Shown: positions 24,200-37,448 of the stretch, one piece after another
Numbering within the stretch: the first letter of the stretch is position 1
Layout: each line of letters begins with the position of its first letter
Source of the DNA: Octopus sinensis
Taxonomy: Eukaryota
DNA: 64,000 bases
Assembly: GCF_006345805.1 (NCBI RefSeq)
Contig: NC_043004.1
Span: forward strand, 87,420,001 to 87,484,000
Direction of reading: 5' to 3'
Program-made: the position numbers and the translations under genes
The notes under the pieces: model-generated
Told to the model about the DNA's origin: nothing
Seen by the model: only the letters and a program-made list of their open reading frames with translations
Database searches by the model: none

Positions 24200-24654
24200 T
24201 TTAACCCTTTAGCATTTAAACCGGTCATATCTTTCCCAAATACTCCACCTGTTTTTATGTTCAAACCATCCAGATTCTGCCTCTCACACCTACCCTACAA
24301 TGTCATTCTAAAAATAAAACAATTCATCATCGAAATCTCAAAGCTGTGAGATAACATGAATAATTCAAAACAATGTGAATAAATAAGCAGAACATTTGAC
24401 AGTGAAATCTGAATGCTAAAGGGCTAAGCTGATCCAAAACATTTTGGTCTACCTTTTATTTAACTGTTTTGGCATTCAAATTACTCTGCCAAATGTAATG
24501 CTTGTTTTTTTCACATTGTTTTGAATTAATCATGCATTATCTCATAGCTTCCAAATTTTGATGATGTGATTATTTATTTTTAGAATCTAATTTGAACATG
24601 AAACAAGTAGTAAATTTGGGTCAGATATGGCCAGTTTAAGTGCTAAAGGGTTAA
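24200..24654. mobile_element. Two copies of a piggyBac-type (TTAA-CCCTTTAGCATT) MITE in inverted orientation
   Basis: 24200-24428 runs ttaaccctttagcatt...aatgctaaagggctaa; 24459-24654 is a diverged reverse-complement copy ending tgctaaagggttaa. Confidence 0.75.
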
Positions 24655-24689
24655 GGCACATTAAATAAGTTATGTGGTCTACCATATGG

Positions 24690-24950
24690 AAATTGGAACT
24701 ATTCACACTAAACTACCTACATCTGTTGTTAGCTGCCAGGCCATTGCATCCTTTAAAACCTCCATGCTTCCTGAAATTCACCAACACTACACCCGATATC
24801 CCCCACTCCATATGCATGCACACATGTATATCATGAGTCATACACTGTTCACTTTCCTGACTTTTGTACATAATTCTATGTACATCCACCTTTGATGAGT
24901 TGTAGTGCACCTGAGCACTATGCACAATAATTTCATCATCATTATTATTA
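24690..24950 (+). mobile_element. CR1/L2-like LINE 3' end fragment; related copies at 28780-29045(-), 29440-29704(-) and 57900-58090(+)
   Basis: The 57900 copy translates RIAEAWNKLPASVVSC, the WNxLP motif of the CR1/L2 ORF2 C-terminus. The copies share the ...gtgcacctgagcact... 3' end and an (ATT)n tail. Confidence 0.6.
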
Positions 24951-27900
24951 TTTCAAGTTAGAAATTTTTCTAAGTAAAAAAAGTAAGTATCCAGCAATAA
25001 AACATTTATTTTAGACTATGCATATATGGAGAGAGAAGGGTGAGCGTGAGTGTGTGTGTGTATACACATACATATATATACATACAACACATGTATATGT
25101 GTTAAGATGTAGAAATACTCAGGTTGGTGTCCGAGAGTGCAGTAAACCCACTGGGAATGGACCCTGGTCTTTGTCCAAGCATCCCTTAAGGAGAAGGCTA
25201 ACTCATATATAAAGCCCACTGTTCTACTAAGTCAGATATTTCCCACTTTGCTTGTGTCTGGGCTTCTTGGTATTGCTAGTGAGAATTGTTGTGGTGTAGT
25301 GCAAGCCGCACCTGACTTAGAACCCTTGCACAGGCATTGCAAACATTGTCAGTAATGGTCATACTCATCTGGACAGCCATTATATATCGGCATTCACCAT
25401 GATAGGTCGCTAGCCACTACACATTCTTTATTTTCTCTCCTTGTTTCTTTCTGTGGAAGAATGTAGGCTCAAAATGTTAAAGACTTTTTCCCTTCCCGAG
25501 TGTTATACTAATACGTCTGTTTGTTGTCTACACCACCTGTCTTTTGTTTTTATGTGAATTCTCCTTATACATATATATATATATACACACACACACATAC
25601 AGGGTGTGGGTGTATTTGTTTGCAATTTTCAACTGCTAATTTTACGCATATTTTTTGGTAGACTAACTGACTATGGAAACTTCTGAACCTCCCAATTTGT
25701 AGAAGAGGCATGGAGTCCTCCATGGAATCTGTGCCACAAGAACAAACAAAGAAATTTCAGATTCCCTCAATGTTAGCAGAAGGATAGTGGAAAAGTTCAG
25801 AAAGGAGCTGGAAGATTTGGGATTTGACTGCAGTGTGACAGCAGAGGAAAAAACCCATGATCATCAATCTGAGGTTGCCTGGTGGTTGTCATTGAGGCCA
25901 TAGTTAGGGTCATTGAGTGAAATCAACGAAACATATCAATGAAGACAAACTGACCCAAATTTAACAAATATATCTTAAAAAATAAAAACACAGTTTCATG
26001 TTTTCCTGAGACAGCCATCATGTGAATGCATACCATCAGCAACCTGTGTGTGTGTGTATATGTGCACGTGTGTGTGTGTGTGTATGTGCACGTGCGTGTA
26101 TGTGTGTGTGTGAGCATGCGTGTGTGTGTGTGTGTATGTGCATGCGTGTGTGTATGTGTATATATAGTACCAGTATGACCAAAGCAATTTAGAAATTCAC
26201 TGGTCATTTATGAGGTTCTGAATTCAAGTTATTCCACAATGTGCACTTTGGATACACACCTTCTACTAGAGGTTTGGGAGTAAAATTGGGTTGGTGGAAA
26301 CTGTATGGAAATCTACAAGATGACTGTATTTATAATTCAATGGTTTGGCTTTGTCATACACTGATTCTACCTACAGGTTACGTTAAATAGTATAAGTGTT
26401 TGCGGAATAGTCAGCCACTAATATTGTAATACATCTGATGAGGAGTTTTATTGCTCAAACAACTGCAATAATTATTGTTGAGATTACTGAGAGGCCCATT
26501 TACTTGTGCATTCACATGTATGTTTCCACATGTGAAGCAACATAATAAGAAAAATGAATAAGATTGAATTGGAATATACTGTTCAGAAATCCGATATATA
26601 ATCAATTAAGCTATGTTAAGATTCCTGATATGGAGAACTTTACCAATGCCTGATAACAAGCAGATTTGAATACTCAAGTGAAAAATTATACTCCTTTTAT
26701 CTTTATCCCTGATCCTGTAATATTAATGGAATGTTGCTAATTATCCCAGATCACACAGGAAGCGTTCATAATACCAGTGTAAAAGAGCAGATGCTATACT
26801 TTAATTTGCCATGGCAAGATTAGGCTCGCAGTCATTTCCTCAATGGAAACCAGGCTGTAATATGTAAAAGTCTGACATTTTTATATACAGCCTCCAAGTA
26901 TAATTATAGACATGCCAATATTGATTTCAGTGATATGTTTTGGTTACAATTATGAAAATATTATTCTAATGTAGACTACACAGCAGGCCCTGTTGACCGT
27001 ATAATTTCAATTAATGATAATATTTGCTGAGAAAATATAGGTACAGGATCTAGTTAATGGTTGTAGGATTAAATTACTAGATGAAAAAAAAAAAAAAAAT
27101 CCCCAAGAAACAAAAAAAAAAAGCTAACAAACAATAATCCCAAATGATATCAATAAAAAACTAGATCCTCAACTTTATTTGTTAACCACACTACAAGTCT
27201 AATGGTTATTGACCCAATGTTATGTATATCAAGTAGTTGTAGCATAGTTCATAGAACTGGTCAGCCTGGACAACTGACTACAACTTAAACGTATAATGTG
27301 AATTGACCATAGCAATTACTAATAAATAGTTAATTAGCTTACTTCAAATTGATTACTTATTGAACAACATTAAGGCTATCATTGATTTATGTACTTCGAT
27401 AGAGTTATTTCCAATAGCCTTACTTAAATGCTTTCTAAATTCTCAACTCTTAAGTATAAGTTGTAAAGAAACAAATTGATTACCTATAATAACCTACATA
27501 CAATCATTATAAATACAATAACAAACAAGCAAAAAAAGTCAATCCTTCTACGTGGCTGGCATTTCATTGCAGTTTCTGTATTATTTAGTGGAAAATGAGA
27601 GATGAATCTTCCTCTGTACAAAGCATTAGACCATTGTAGATAATCTCATCAGAATAAAGTGAGTGTGTTACAGCTAGAGGCAATTAAATGCTTGATTGGT
27701 TGTATTCTAGAAGAAAGAGTATAACAACTGAAAAGAAATCTAATGCTTGATGTATTGTGGGTAGCCTTTCTAGAATAAAATATACTGCAACCTAGAGAGA
27801 AGTGATCTATTGTAAGTAGGAATTTCTCTACAGTAAAGTGTATTACAGTCTAGAAGCAATTTAACACTTAATCCATTATAGGTAACATTACCAGAATAAA

Positions 27901-28399
27901 GAGTGCTACAAACTAGAGGCAATTTAATGCCTGACATGAAATCACAAATGATGAGCTGGTAGTCCAATCCCTGTAATTCAAAAACAATAAAATTAAGAAC
28001 CAACCATTCAAAAATTTTTTCTATAGTAACTCTGGAAGTTAAATAAAATACATGGGGATTTCTCTTGAAGAAAGAAGCAATTTGAATTGGCAAGACAAAA
28101 TATGAGTTAATCACCAGTCAAACATAAGAACAGCTGCTGAAAGTTATTGATCTCTCCCTGTCCTAATTATAAAACTGTGTGGGTTCTAAAACAGACTCTG
28201 AAACACACAATTCTCTTCAAAGCATCTTAATGTCTTCACTGAAAAATTTTCAAATATAGCCAAATTGGATGGATGTCTTAAAAAAAATAAAAACCTAAAA
28301 ATGTTCCTTAGAGTTTGATCATGTGTGTTTTAAGTATTCTTTGTTTAGCTAAATGATAATCTTTTTTATTTAACAAAATACTACTTCATAATCAGGATG

Positions 28400-28450
<51 letters not shown>

Positions 28451-28455
<5 letters not shown>

Positions 28456-29764
28456 AAAGTAAAATTTGTTAAATAATAGTTTCAAAGTAATACATCTCAG
28501 AGTAAAAGGTTAAAAGTAGAGTTAAAAGTAGAAAATGTATAATTCATCTAACTTGTTTGTGTGTATGTGTAATCAAATGGTTAAGAAGTTCACTTTGCAG
28601 TCATATGGTCCTGGGTTCAATCCAATTGCATGGCATTTTGAGCAGATGCCACTTTTTCTAGTGTTGGGTAGGCACATAACTGGTAAATAAAATTGGAGAG
28701 ACAGAATCTGGATAGAAGACCATTGTGTAGAGTGCAACTCTAATTTAAAAAGTATAGCCTTGTCAGACTTTATAATAATAATAATAATGAAATTATTGTA
28801 TACAGTGCTCAGGTGCACCACAACTTGTCAGAAAGTGCATATAAAGTATATGCAGTAATATACAAATGTCTGGAAAGCGAACAATGTATGAGTCAGATAC
28901 ATGCTTGTGTGTGTATGAAGGGGAGAAAATCAGGTGTAGTGTTGGCGAATCTCAGAAAGCATGGAAGTTTTGAAGGATGCAGTGCTCCGACAACTAACAA
29001 CTGATGCCGGCAGTTTGTTCCATGCTTCAACAACTCTCAGCGTCATGCTGTTTCCACCCAAGAATTATGTTGAGGGTACACGTGTGTGTGTGTGTGTTGT
29101 GTGTGTGTGTATGTAAAGTAAAATTTGTTAAATAATAGTTTCAAAGTAATACATCTCAGAGTAAAAGGTTAAAAGTAGAGTTAAAAGTAGAAAATGTATA
29201 ATTCATCTAACTTGTTTGTGTGTATGTGTAATCAAATGGTTAAGAAGTTCACTTTGCAGTCATATGGTCCTGGGTTCAATCCAATTGCATGGCATTTTGA
29301 GCAGATGCCACTTTTTCTAGTGTTGGGTAGGCACATAACTGGTAAATAAAATTGGAGAGACAGAATCTGGATAGAAGACCATTGTGTAGAGTGCAACTCT
29401 AATTTAAAAAGTATAGCCTTGTCAGACTTTATAATAATAATAATAATGAAATTATTGTATACAGTGCTCAGGTGCACCACAACTTGTCAGAAAGTGCATA
29501 TAAAGTATATGCAGTAATATACAAATGTCTGGAAAGCGAACAATGTATGAGTCAGATACATGCTTGTGTGTGTATGAAGGGGAGAAAATCAGGTGTAGTG
29601 TTGGCGAATCTCAGAAAGCATGGAAGTTTTGAAGGATGCAGTGCTCCGACAACTAACAACTGATGCCGGCAGTTTGTTCCATGCTTCAACAACTCTCAGC
29701 GTCATGCTGTTTCCACCCAAGAATTATGTTGAGGGTACACGTGTGTGTGTGTGTGTGTGTGTGT
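28451..29764. repeat. Tandem direct duplication with a 659-bp unit bounded by (GT)n tracts
   Basis: Identical ORFs offset by 659 bp (28573/29232 and 28813/29472); (GT)n at about 28403-28450, 29081-29110 and 29741-29764. Confidence 0.95.
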
Positions 29765-32337
29765 AGAAATGTCTTTGAGCCACTATTGTTCCCAGGTCTA
29801 TGCTGACTGGATGTAGTAGTACCTGTCAGGGTTCCCACAACAGGTTAACTAGCATATGTGATAATAATCCATCTGAGTGCAGGGATGCAGATATACCTTT
29901 GGTTAGTTATAGGAAGCAAAGTTATACCACTGGGAGTGAGGGACCCCTAGCTGTGATAACAGCTAAGAGAGGGACACTCTGATGTAAAATCGCATGACTA
30001 CTGGTCATCTTGGTTCAGCCTGTCACTAGATACTAACCACAGAGACTCAGAGAGTGGTATGCGTGTCATGCAAGTGTTTGTCGCATTAATCCAGTGATGT
30101 ACAGATGTTTCTTTATGGTGACCTCATTTGTCATTTCATCCACTGAAAGTCCAATGTCAGCAGAAAGGTAGTGATGTGTGCAGGCCTAATCAGTTGGAAG
30201 CATACAATAAGTTACAGCTTTCATCTGTCACTTATGCTTTAAACAATACATATCTACAGCAGGACTGAATAGTCATCTGAGAGGCCATGGATAGAAGGCC
30301 AGAAATATCATTGGCAATGAGAAAGCATAAAGAGATAACAACCATCAGTGAAGGTGGAGCAACCACCATATAAATATATCATCATCATCATTTTAACATC
30401 CACTTTTCCATGCTTGCATGGGTCAGACAAAACCTCTCAAGAGAAAATTTTGTATGGTTGGATGACTTATTTGACATGATAGGGAAAGAAGTCCATTACT
30501 GATGGTTGAGAAGATATTAAGTAAAAGTGTGTTTACTGATTTTAAATCTGATAATGATGATTTTCATTAGATATAAGTGTTCCCATGATTCTCTGTAGCC
30601 TGCTACAAAGAGCACAAACATTCTGCTGATGAGACTGATCAAAGTCTTGAAATTTTTATGGGTTAATAGATTTAGAAATGCTATTGTTCTAAACTAAACA
30701 TTAAGGACTCTCTCTTTATTCATTTACTTGTTTCAGTCGACTGCAGCCATGCTGGAGCACTGCCTTTAGTTGAGCAAATCGACCCCAGGACTTATTCTTT
30801 GGAAGCCTAGGACTTATTCGATCAGTCTCTTTTGCTGAATGGCTAAGTTACGGGGACGTAAACACACCACCATCAGTTGTCAAGTGATATTGGGGGGGGG
30901 GGAACAAACACAGACACACAGACATATACACACATATACATATATATATATATATATACATATATACGATAGGCTTGTTTCAGTTTCCGTCTACCAAATC
31001 CACTCACAAGGCCTTGGTTGGCCCGAGGCTATAGTAGAAGACGCTTGCTCAAGGTGCCATGCAGTGGGACTGAATAAGGAAATATATAAGGAAATATGAA
31101 AAATCTTAATAAAAAAAGATTAAAATTGAATAGAGTTGTGGCTCTAATATAACAGGTTTAAAAGAAAATCTGTTCATCATTTTCACACTCACAGTTGTGT
31201 GTGTGTGTGTGTGTACATATATAATAGAAGCAGGCATGGCTGTGTGGTAAGAAGTTTGCTTCTCAGCTACATGGTTTTGGGTTCAGTCACACTGCATGGC
31301 ACCCTGGGCAAGTGTTTTCTACTACAGCCATGAGCTGACCAAAGCCTTGTGAGTAGATTTGGTATATGGAAACTGAAAGAAGCCCATCAGGTATATATAT
31401 ATATATATGTATATATTGGCCTGCTAACCTAGCCAGCAGGGTGGTGTCATTTGAAGGCTAAAATAACGCAAAAACGCAATGTGACCAACGATGTGTAACA
31501 ACATCTGACAGCCTGGTTGGTCATGTGATCATGTGATATATCTATCTATTTATCTATCTATCTATTCATCTATCTATCTATCTACTTATCTATCTATGAA
31601 TTGTTGTCATGCAAGCTGTGACCTAGTTGTCATGCAAGCTGTGACCTTTGCTTCCAATCTTCCATGAAAACATGTCTGGCCATGAAGAAATATTACCTTA
31701 CTTGGAAGCCAGTGGATGTTGGTGACAGGAAGGGCATCCAGCCATAGAAAGACTGCATCAGCAAATTCTGTCTGACCCATGGGAAAGTGGGTGTTAAAAT
31801 GATGATGACAATGATGATGATACATGTGTGTACACACCAACACATATACGTATATATCTTTCACTTGTTTCACTCATTAAGTTGAAACAAGTAATAGTAA
31901 CCATTCAAGACAGTGCCAGAATATTGCCTTGAACATCTTTACTTTTTTTCTTATTCATACTAAATCCAGTACTTACTTTTTAAAAAGTCTGGTACTTAAT
32001 TTAGCAATATATATTTATCACACTACTAAGTTAGAGGTCATAAGCAGACAGCAATAAACACATACAAATATAGACACAGGCACACATACCTATGTGTGTG
32101 TATAAACACACACACACATATTGTCAAGTCACTCAAAGTCATAAATCTGAATGTTAGCATATTTAATTTATAACTGAGTCCAACAAGACCTTTGCATTTT
32201 GCCTGTAGAATCCTTGGTGGTAACATCACAGTTGTAGGTTTGTTAGGAACTTCACAAGTAGTTCCTAAACAAGTCTACAAGCAGCTAATCTATGTACTGG
32301 GACTCACAGTTAGGGATTAAATATATAAATTTTATTT

Positions 32338-32498
<161 letters not shown>

Positions 32499-35022
32499 TT
32501 AAAAGATGTCTAAGTTAAGAACTGAATATACAAGATCTCCAAAATTGTCTGAAAAGAGATTCTCTCTCCTCTGATGACATATATTTCTCTGCCATATATC
32601 AGGCTCTTTAGTTCATGATGATTTTAGTTTACAAACACATATTGCAAAAGTTATGTGCAACAACCGAGCAATGAAATGTAAATTCAAAGATAAAGCTTTA
32701 TAACATAAACATTAGCATTCTGTCTGTTCTTTTCACAAAGCAATTATAATTATTATAAATTGTGATAACTAGTTTTTACAAAAAATTTAAAGTGTTATGT
32801 ATTGTTTTTATGTTAAACACATTAATCCATGTTAATTAAATTCAGTCTCTTATGAAAAATTTGCTTCCTTTGAAATTCTTTTCTAATTCACAACAAATGA
32901 ATGACACTGATAGCATTTCCTTTTCTCTGTGTAATCCATTCAATAAATGATGGTCTTTTTTTAACCTCATATTAAACCAATATCGCTACATAATGAAAAA
33001 AGTTCCTAAAATTATTTTCAAATTAACACAGCATTTATTTTATGTGATCTATTTATAGCCAGTTGGCCATCTGACTTGATTTTGGTGATTATTAAACAAA
33101 AGATGACAAACTGAACATTTTAAGATTGGGACGGATGAAATTCTTTGAAATTTAGACAACCCTGGCTTTTGGGGAGAAAGGCGATAATTGTAATATTAAT
33201 AGGTTTTCTATAATTATATTTTAAGTAATTGATGTATTATCAGACTTAGTAATTTGTAAGTTTATTATTTAATTTAAAATGACTTCAAGCTATAGCTAGG
33301 TTAATTTTGGATAGAATGCAATTTTCTTTTTGCTTTTACACAATACTTTATGATTGATTTTTAAAGCAAAAATGTTTGACAAGAGTCCTTGTTGTTGATG
33401 TGTGAGTTAGTGTTTGGTGTCACTGTTATATGTGATGTGCTTCAGTCACTGCTAATGCTCTTGACACTGTTAATTATTTTTACCTACTCGTATTCTCTTT
33501 GTTTCAAGATACAGAGTAAATGCAAATAGCAAGACAGATTTCTATTTCTATTTTCTACATCAGGTCTTGTTTTAGCTTGCTTTGCATTTTAACATTTCTA
33601 CTGCCACTGCACCCTCTCCTATCTCCTATAGTCACCAATGTAAAAGTACATGACTTAGGTCACTAAGTATTCTCTATACACTTACACACTTGTTCCTTTT
33701 ACATACCAATTCTGGCCTTTCTGCCGTCATAGTACTCTCACTTTATTAGAGATGGCATTGGTTTGTGAGCTCCTTTAGATAGTCCTTTTAAGGACTTAAC
33801 TCTCTAGGACTGTTGCCACAACAATACACACCCAGTGCAATTTGTAAAGCTGTTGGCAATAGGAAAGGCATTCAGCCATAGAAACTAAACCAAATGGTAC
33901 ATTTGACCACTAATCTATGAGAGCAATGACTCCCTTATAAGAAATGACATGAACTGTGATGCTAGCTTGGGAAATGGACATAAATTGATGATGATGATGA
34001 TGAGACAAAAGAAAGAAATTTCTACAGATTGAAATGAAAGATTGACTGCAATATAATTGATTACTTTGAACAAATTGGATAGGGGCACTGCTAACCAAAA
34101 TAAATGAAAGGCTTTTCAAGGTTTTATAATTGGAACATGTCAAATATTTTAATTTTAGATTTCAGTATCAATGAAAGATTGAATAAGAAATATAGGCTAG
34201 TTCCTCACCGTTTACATCTACAACTTTACTGCAATTAAGTTAATACTAATAATAATGAACATTGCAATAATTAAAAATATTTCAAAATTCAAAATGGAAA
34301 TGAAAAAAAGTCCACATTTTTCCTTCCATTTTCTTTCTTTCTCTCATTTTTTTTTTCCAATTAAAAAACATATTTAGACATTCAACTCCGTTATTTAATA
34401 GCAGTAGTTTAAATATGAAAAGTTATTTTTAGACCAAAGTATGAGACCATGACAAGAATTAAAAGATCAATGTTTTACTGGCCGTTTTACCCCATTTGAA
34501 ACCATTCCCCTCTACTCTTTCTAATGTGTTTATTGTATCATGACAGTTATGCATAATAAAACAAATTCAGTTAAGTTTAATTTTCTCTGATCCTCATTTA
34601 GCATAAATCTATTTTTAGAAACTAATAACCTTTATCTTTATAATTTGCTCTCTCTTTCACCACTTAAAACTATATGCTTCATTGCACACTATTTCCCCAC
34701 CTTCAGCACATGGACATCAGATTAAACTGTTCTTTCTGTGTAAGTACAGAAGGGAAAGAAAAAAAATTCCATTTAAACCAAGATTAATAATGTGCATCTA
34801 AAGCCAAGCATTAAAAAAACATGTAAAAAGTGTCAATTAGTGACCAGGTTTGGCTGTTGGCCAATGGAAAGGAATCCAACACATAACAACCACCACCACT
34901 GCATCTGGTTGTCATTAAGTATTTATTACTACTTCCCTCCTGGACATAACATTACTTCTGAGATTAGGCTTCAGTGTGGTGGCAATCTGTTTTTGATTAT
35001 CTTTTTGAAAATAAATACAATC

Positions 35023-35096
<74 letters not shown>

Positions 35097-35107
35097 CTGT
35101 GAACATT

Positions 35108-35606
35108 AATTGATTCATCAATGTTTGTTTTATACTAATGGAGCTTTAATATTTATGTATTTTATATTGCATTTTGTGAACAATAGTATCGTTGGTCAAG
35201 TTTATGAGGGGCCAATCATTGGTTCATGACATTTCCAATAGCAAGAGTGACAAAGAAGTTATCTGAGCAACCTGTGCAGAATAAATACCACAAAATTTTT
35301 TTTTGTGTGAAAGCAACAGATTACCAGTTTTCTCACCAATGTCCACACCCTTTGCTGCTGTATATTGTTTAAATATATACATATTCATGCACACACGCAC
35401 ACACATTCACATATACAGTAGGATTCCATACGGTTTACAAGTTGCTCAGATAACTTCCTTGTCACTCTTGCTATAGAAAATGTCATGAACCAGTGATTGG
35501 CCCTTCATAAACTTGACCAGTGATACTATTGTTCACAAAAAATGCAATATAAAATATATAAATATTAAAGCACCATTAGTATAAAACAAATACTGATGAA
35601 TCAATT
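35108..35606. repeat. Long inverted repeat: arms 35108-35275 and 35437-35606, spacer about 160 bp
   Basis: Direct comparison: arms of about 170 bp, roughly 90% complementary by eye. Confidence 0.93.
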
Positions 35607-36463
35607 GTATATAGTTTACATATATATCATTCCACTCTCATATTAGTTGGACAGTTATAGGCTATTGTAGAAGCCACATGCCCATAGTGTAAAAGAGTGA
35701 GATTGAATATGGAATAAGAATAAGGTGGATTTGATAGATGGAAACTGCTTGAAGTTATGTATGTGTCCATCCATGCCTGTTTTTATGTTTAACACTGGTC
35801 AAAAAAGGAAATGTTGATGTTATTTATGCTGTGTCCCCTTACGTCTTATAAACTAGTGGATTGATAAAATAAGTACCAGGCTATAGGCATAGGCATGGCT
35901 GTGTGATTAAAAACTTTGCTCCCAAACCACATGGTTTCAAGTACAGTCACACTGTATGGTACCTTTCTTCTACTATAGCCCCAGGACAATCAAAGCTTTG
36001 TGAGTGGATTCAGTAGATGCCTATCATACACATATATTGTAATCGGACATGGCAGTGAACTCCCAAAATGGCCATAGATTTTTTGACCTACCTTTTTTTT
36101 GGCTCTCTCTTATGCTCCTTGAATACTGGACCTACCATAGATTGCTTCATTTTTAAAAACAAACTATTTTTGATATATTTTTAATTGTGGGGTAAAAAAT
36201 TTTTTAGTTGCTTGATATGTTTTAGCAATTCATTTTTTAATATCTATTTTAGTTGATTTGTATATAATTTTTCTTGCCAGGTCCTTCTATATATTTTGTA
36301 TTTTTATATGTGCACATATATTTTTTACCTTCTGTGCTTATATCTGTATTTCTTTTATATGTTGAAGGCCATGGTATTATTTGTATATGATGAAATGTAT
36401 AGAAGCATGGAGTTATATAAAGTCGTTGGCCTGAATTGAATGTTTGTTCTCTTATCAATGATT

Positions 36464-36526
<63 letters not shown>

Positions 36527-37424
36527 GCATTATATCTTCTACTAGATTATTATCAGTTTTAATCATAATTTCAATTGTATTAGCATTAAGTAGTTAAAGT
36601 ATTCTCTTAAACTAACTACCATATAAGCACTACCATATAGTAGGTTTCATAGCAATTTTATAATTTTGCATAAAAAGAACAAATGATGTAGACATGGAGT
36701 CTGTAAATTGCAGTGCCAATAATTATTCTTATGTTGGTAGTAACTAAGAATAAAAACTGATGCAGTAGGGGATTCTTTAGTTCTCTCTAATATTGGTGAC
36801 ATGATAAAATTCTCCCAGTCTACAGTGCAAAATGGCTAATGCAAAGAAGGGCATCCAACCAGAAAAGGCAGTGCCTAGCTTTAAATTGTGATGTTCTCTG
36901 TCCTGTGCATTTCAGCTGACAAAGGGCCACACTAGTTGGTAAGATACCTCAAGAGTTTTCAACTCAAATAAGCATGGTAAAAAAAAGAATGTAAAATCAA
37001 TGAAGAAAGATGTAAAATCAGAGAAACAAGATAAATTCACAGTATGCTTGAGATAGCTAGATAGATAGATAGATAGAGAGAGAAAGAGAGCGAGAGAGAG
37101 AAAGAGTTGGGGGGATTAATGCAGTTAATAATTTTAATAGTTTGAAGTAAGTAATTAGAATATATAAAGAGGCAAATCAAATAAGATATTGGTGTATTGA
37201 TTTTTCAGACAATTGAACAGAAATAGTAAATTACAATTATGCTCAGAAGATACTGTTTCATTAAATCTATCCACATTGTGATTATGGGCAACAAGATTTT
37301 CTAAAACAACAACAGGAAAGAAAATAATATAAATGGCTAAGATGTACATTTGATGAAAAAAACTGGGAGCAATGGATAACAAAAAAAAAAAAAAAGGGAC
37401 ACACACACAAAAAAAAAACCATAC

Positions 37425-37448
37425 GAAGAAATTGCTTTTTTTTCTGTC
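37425..37448 (-). CDS. TRAPPC13: Candidate alternative 24-nt microexon of TRAPPC13 (DRKKSNFF); extendable to 63 nt (37425-37487) through an upstream in-frame acceptor
   Basis: gtcactgcctttcttcttcag|GACAGAAAAAAAAGCAATTTCTTC|gtatgg on -. Phase 0/0 with no stop; fits between ...FYNAE and SDEV.... No transcript evidence is available. Confidence 0.5.

Noticed and set aside
34210-34235. Possible 9- or 20-nt minus-strand microexon ending in |gtgagg
   Set aside because: Poor polypyrimidine tract, and both versions contain an in-frame stop.
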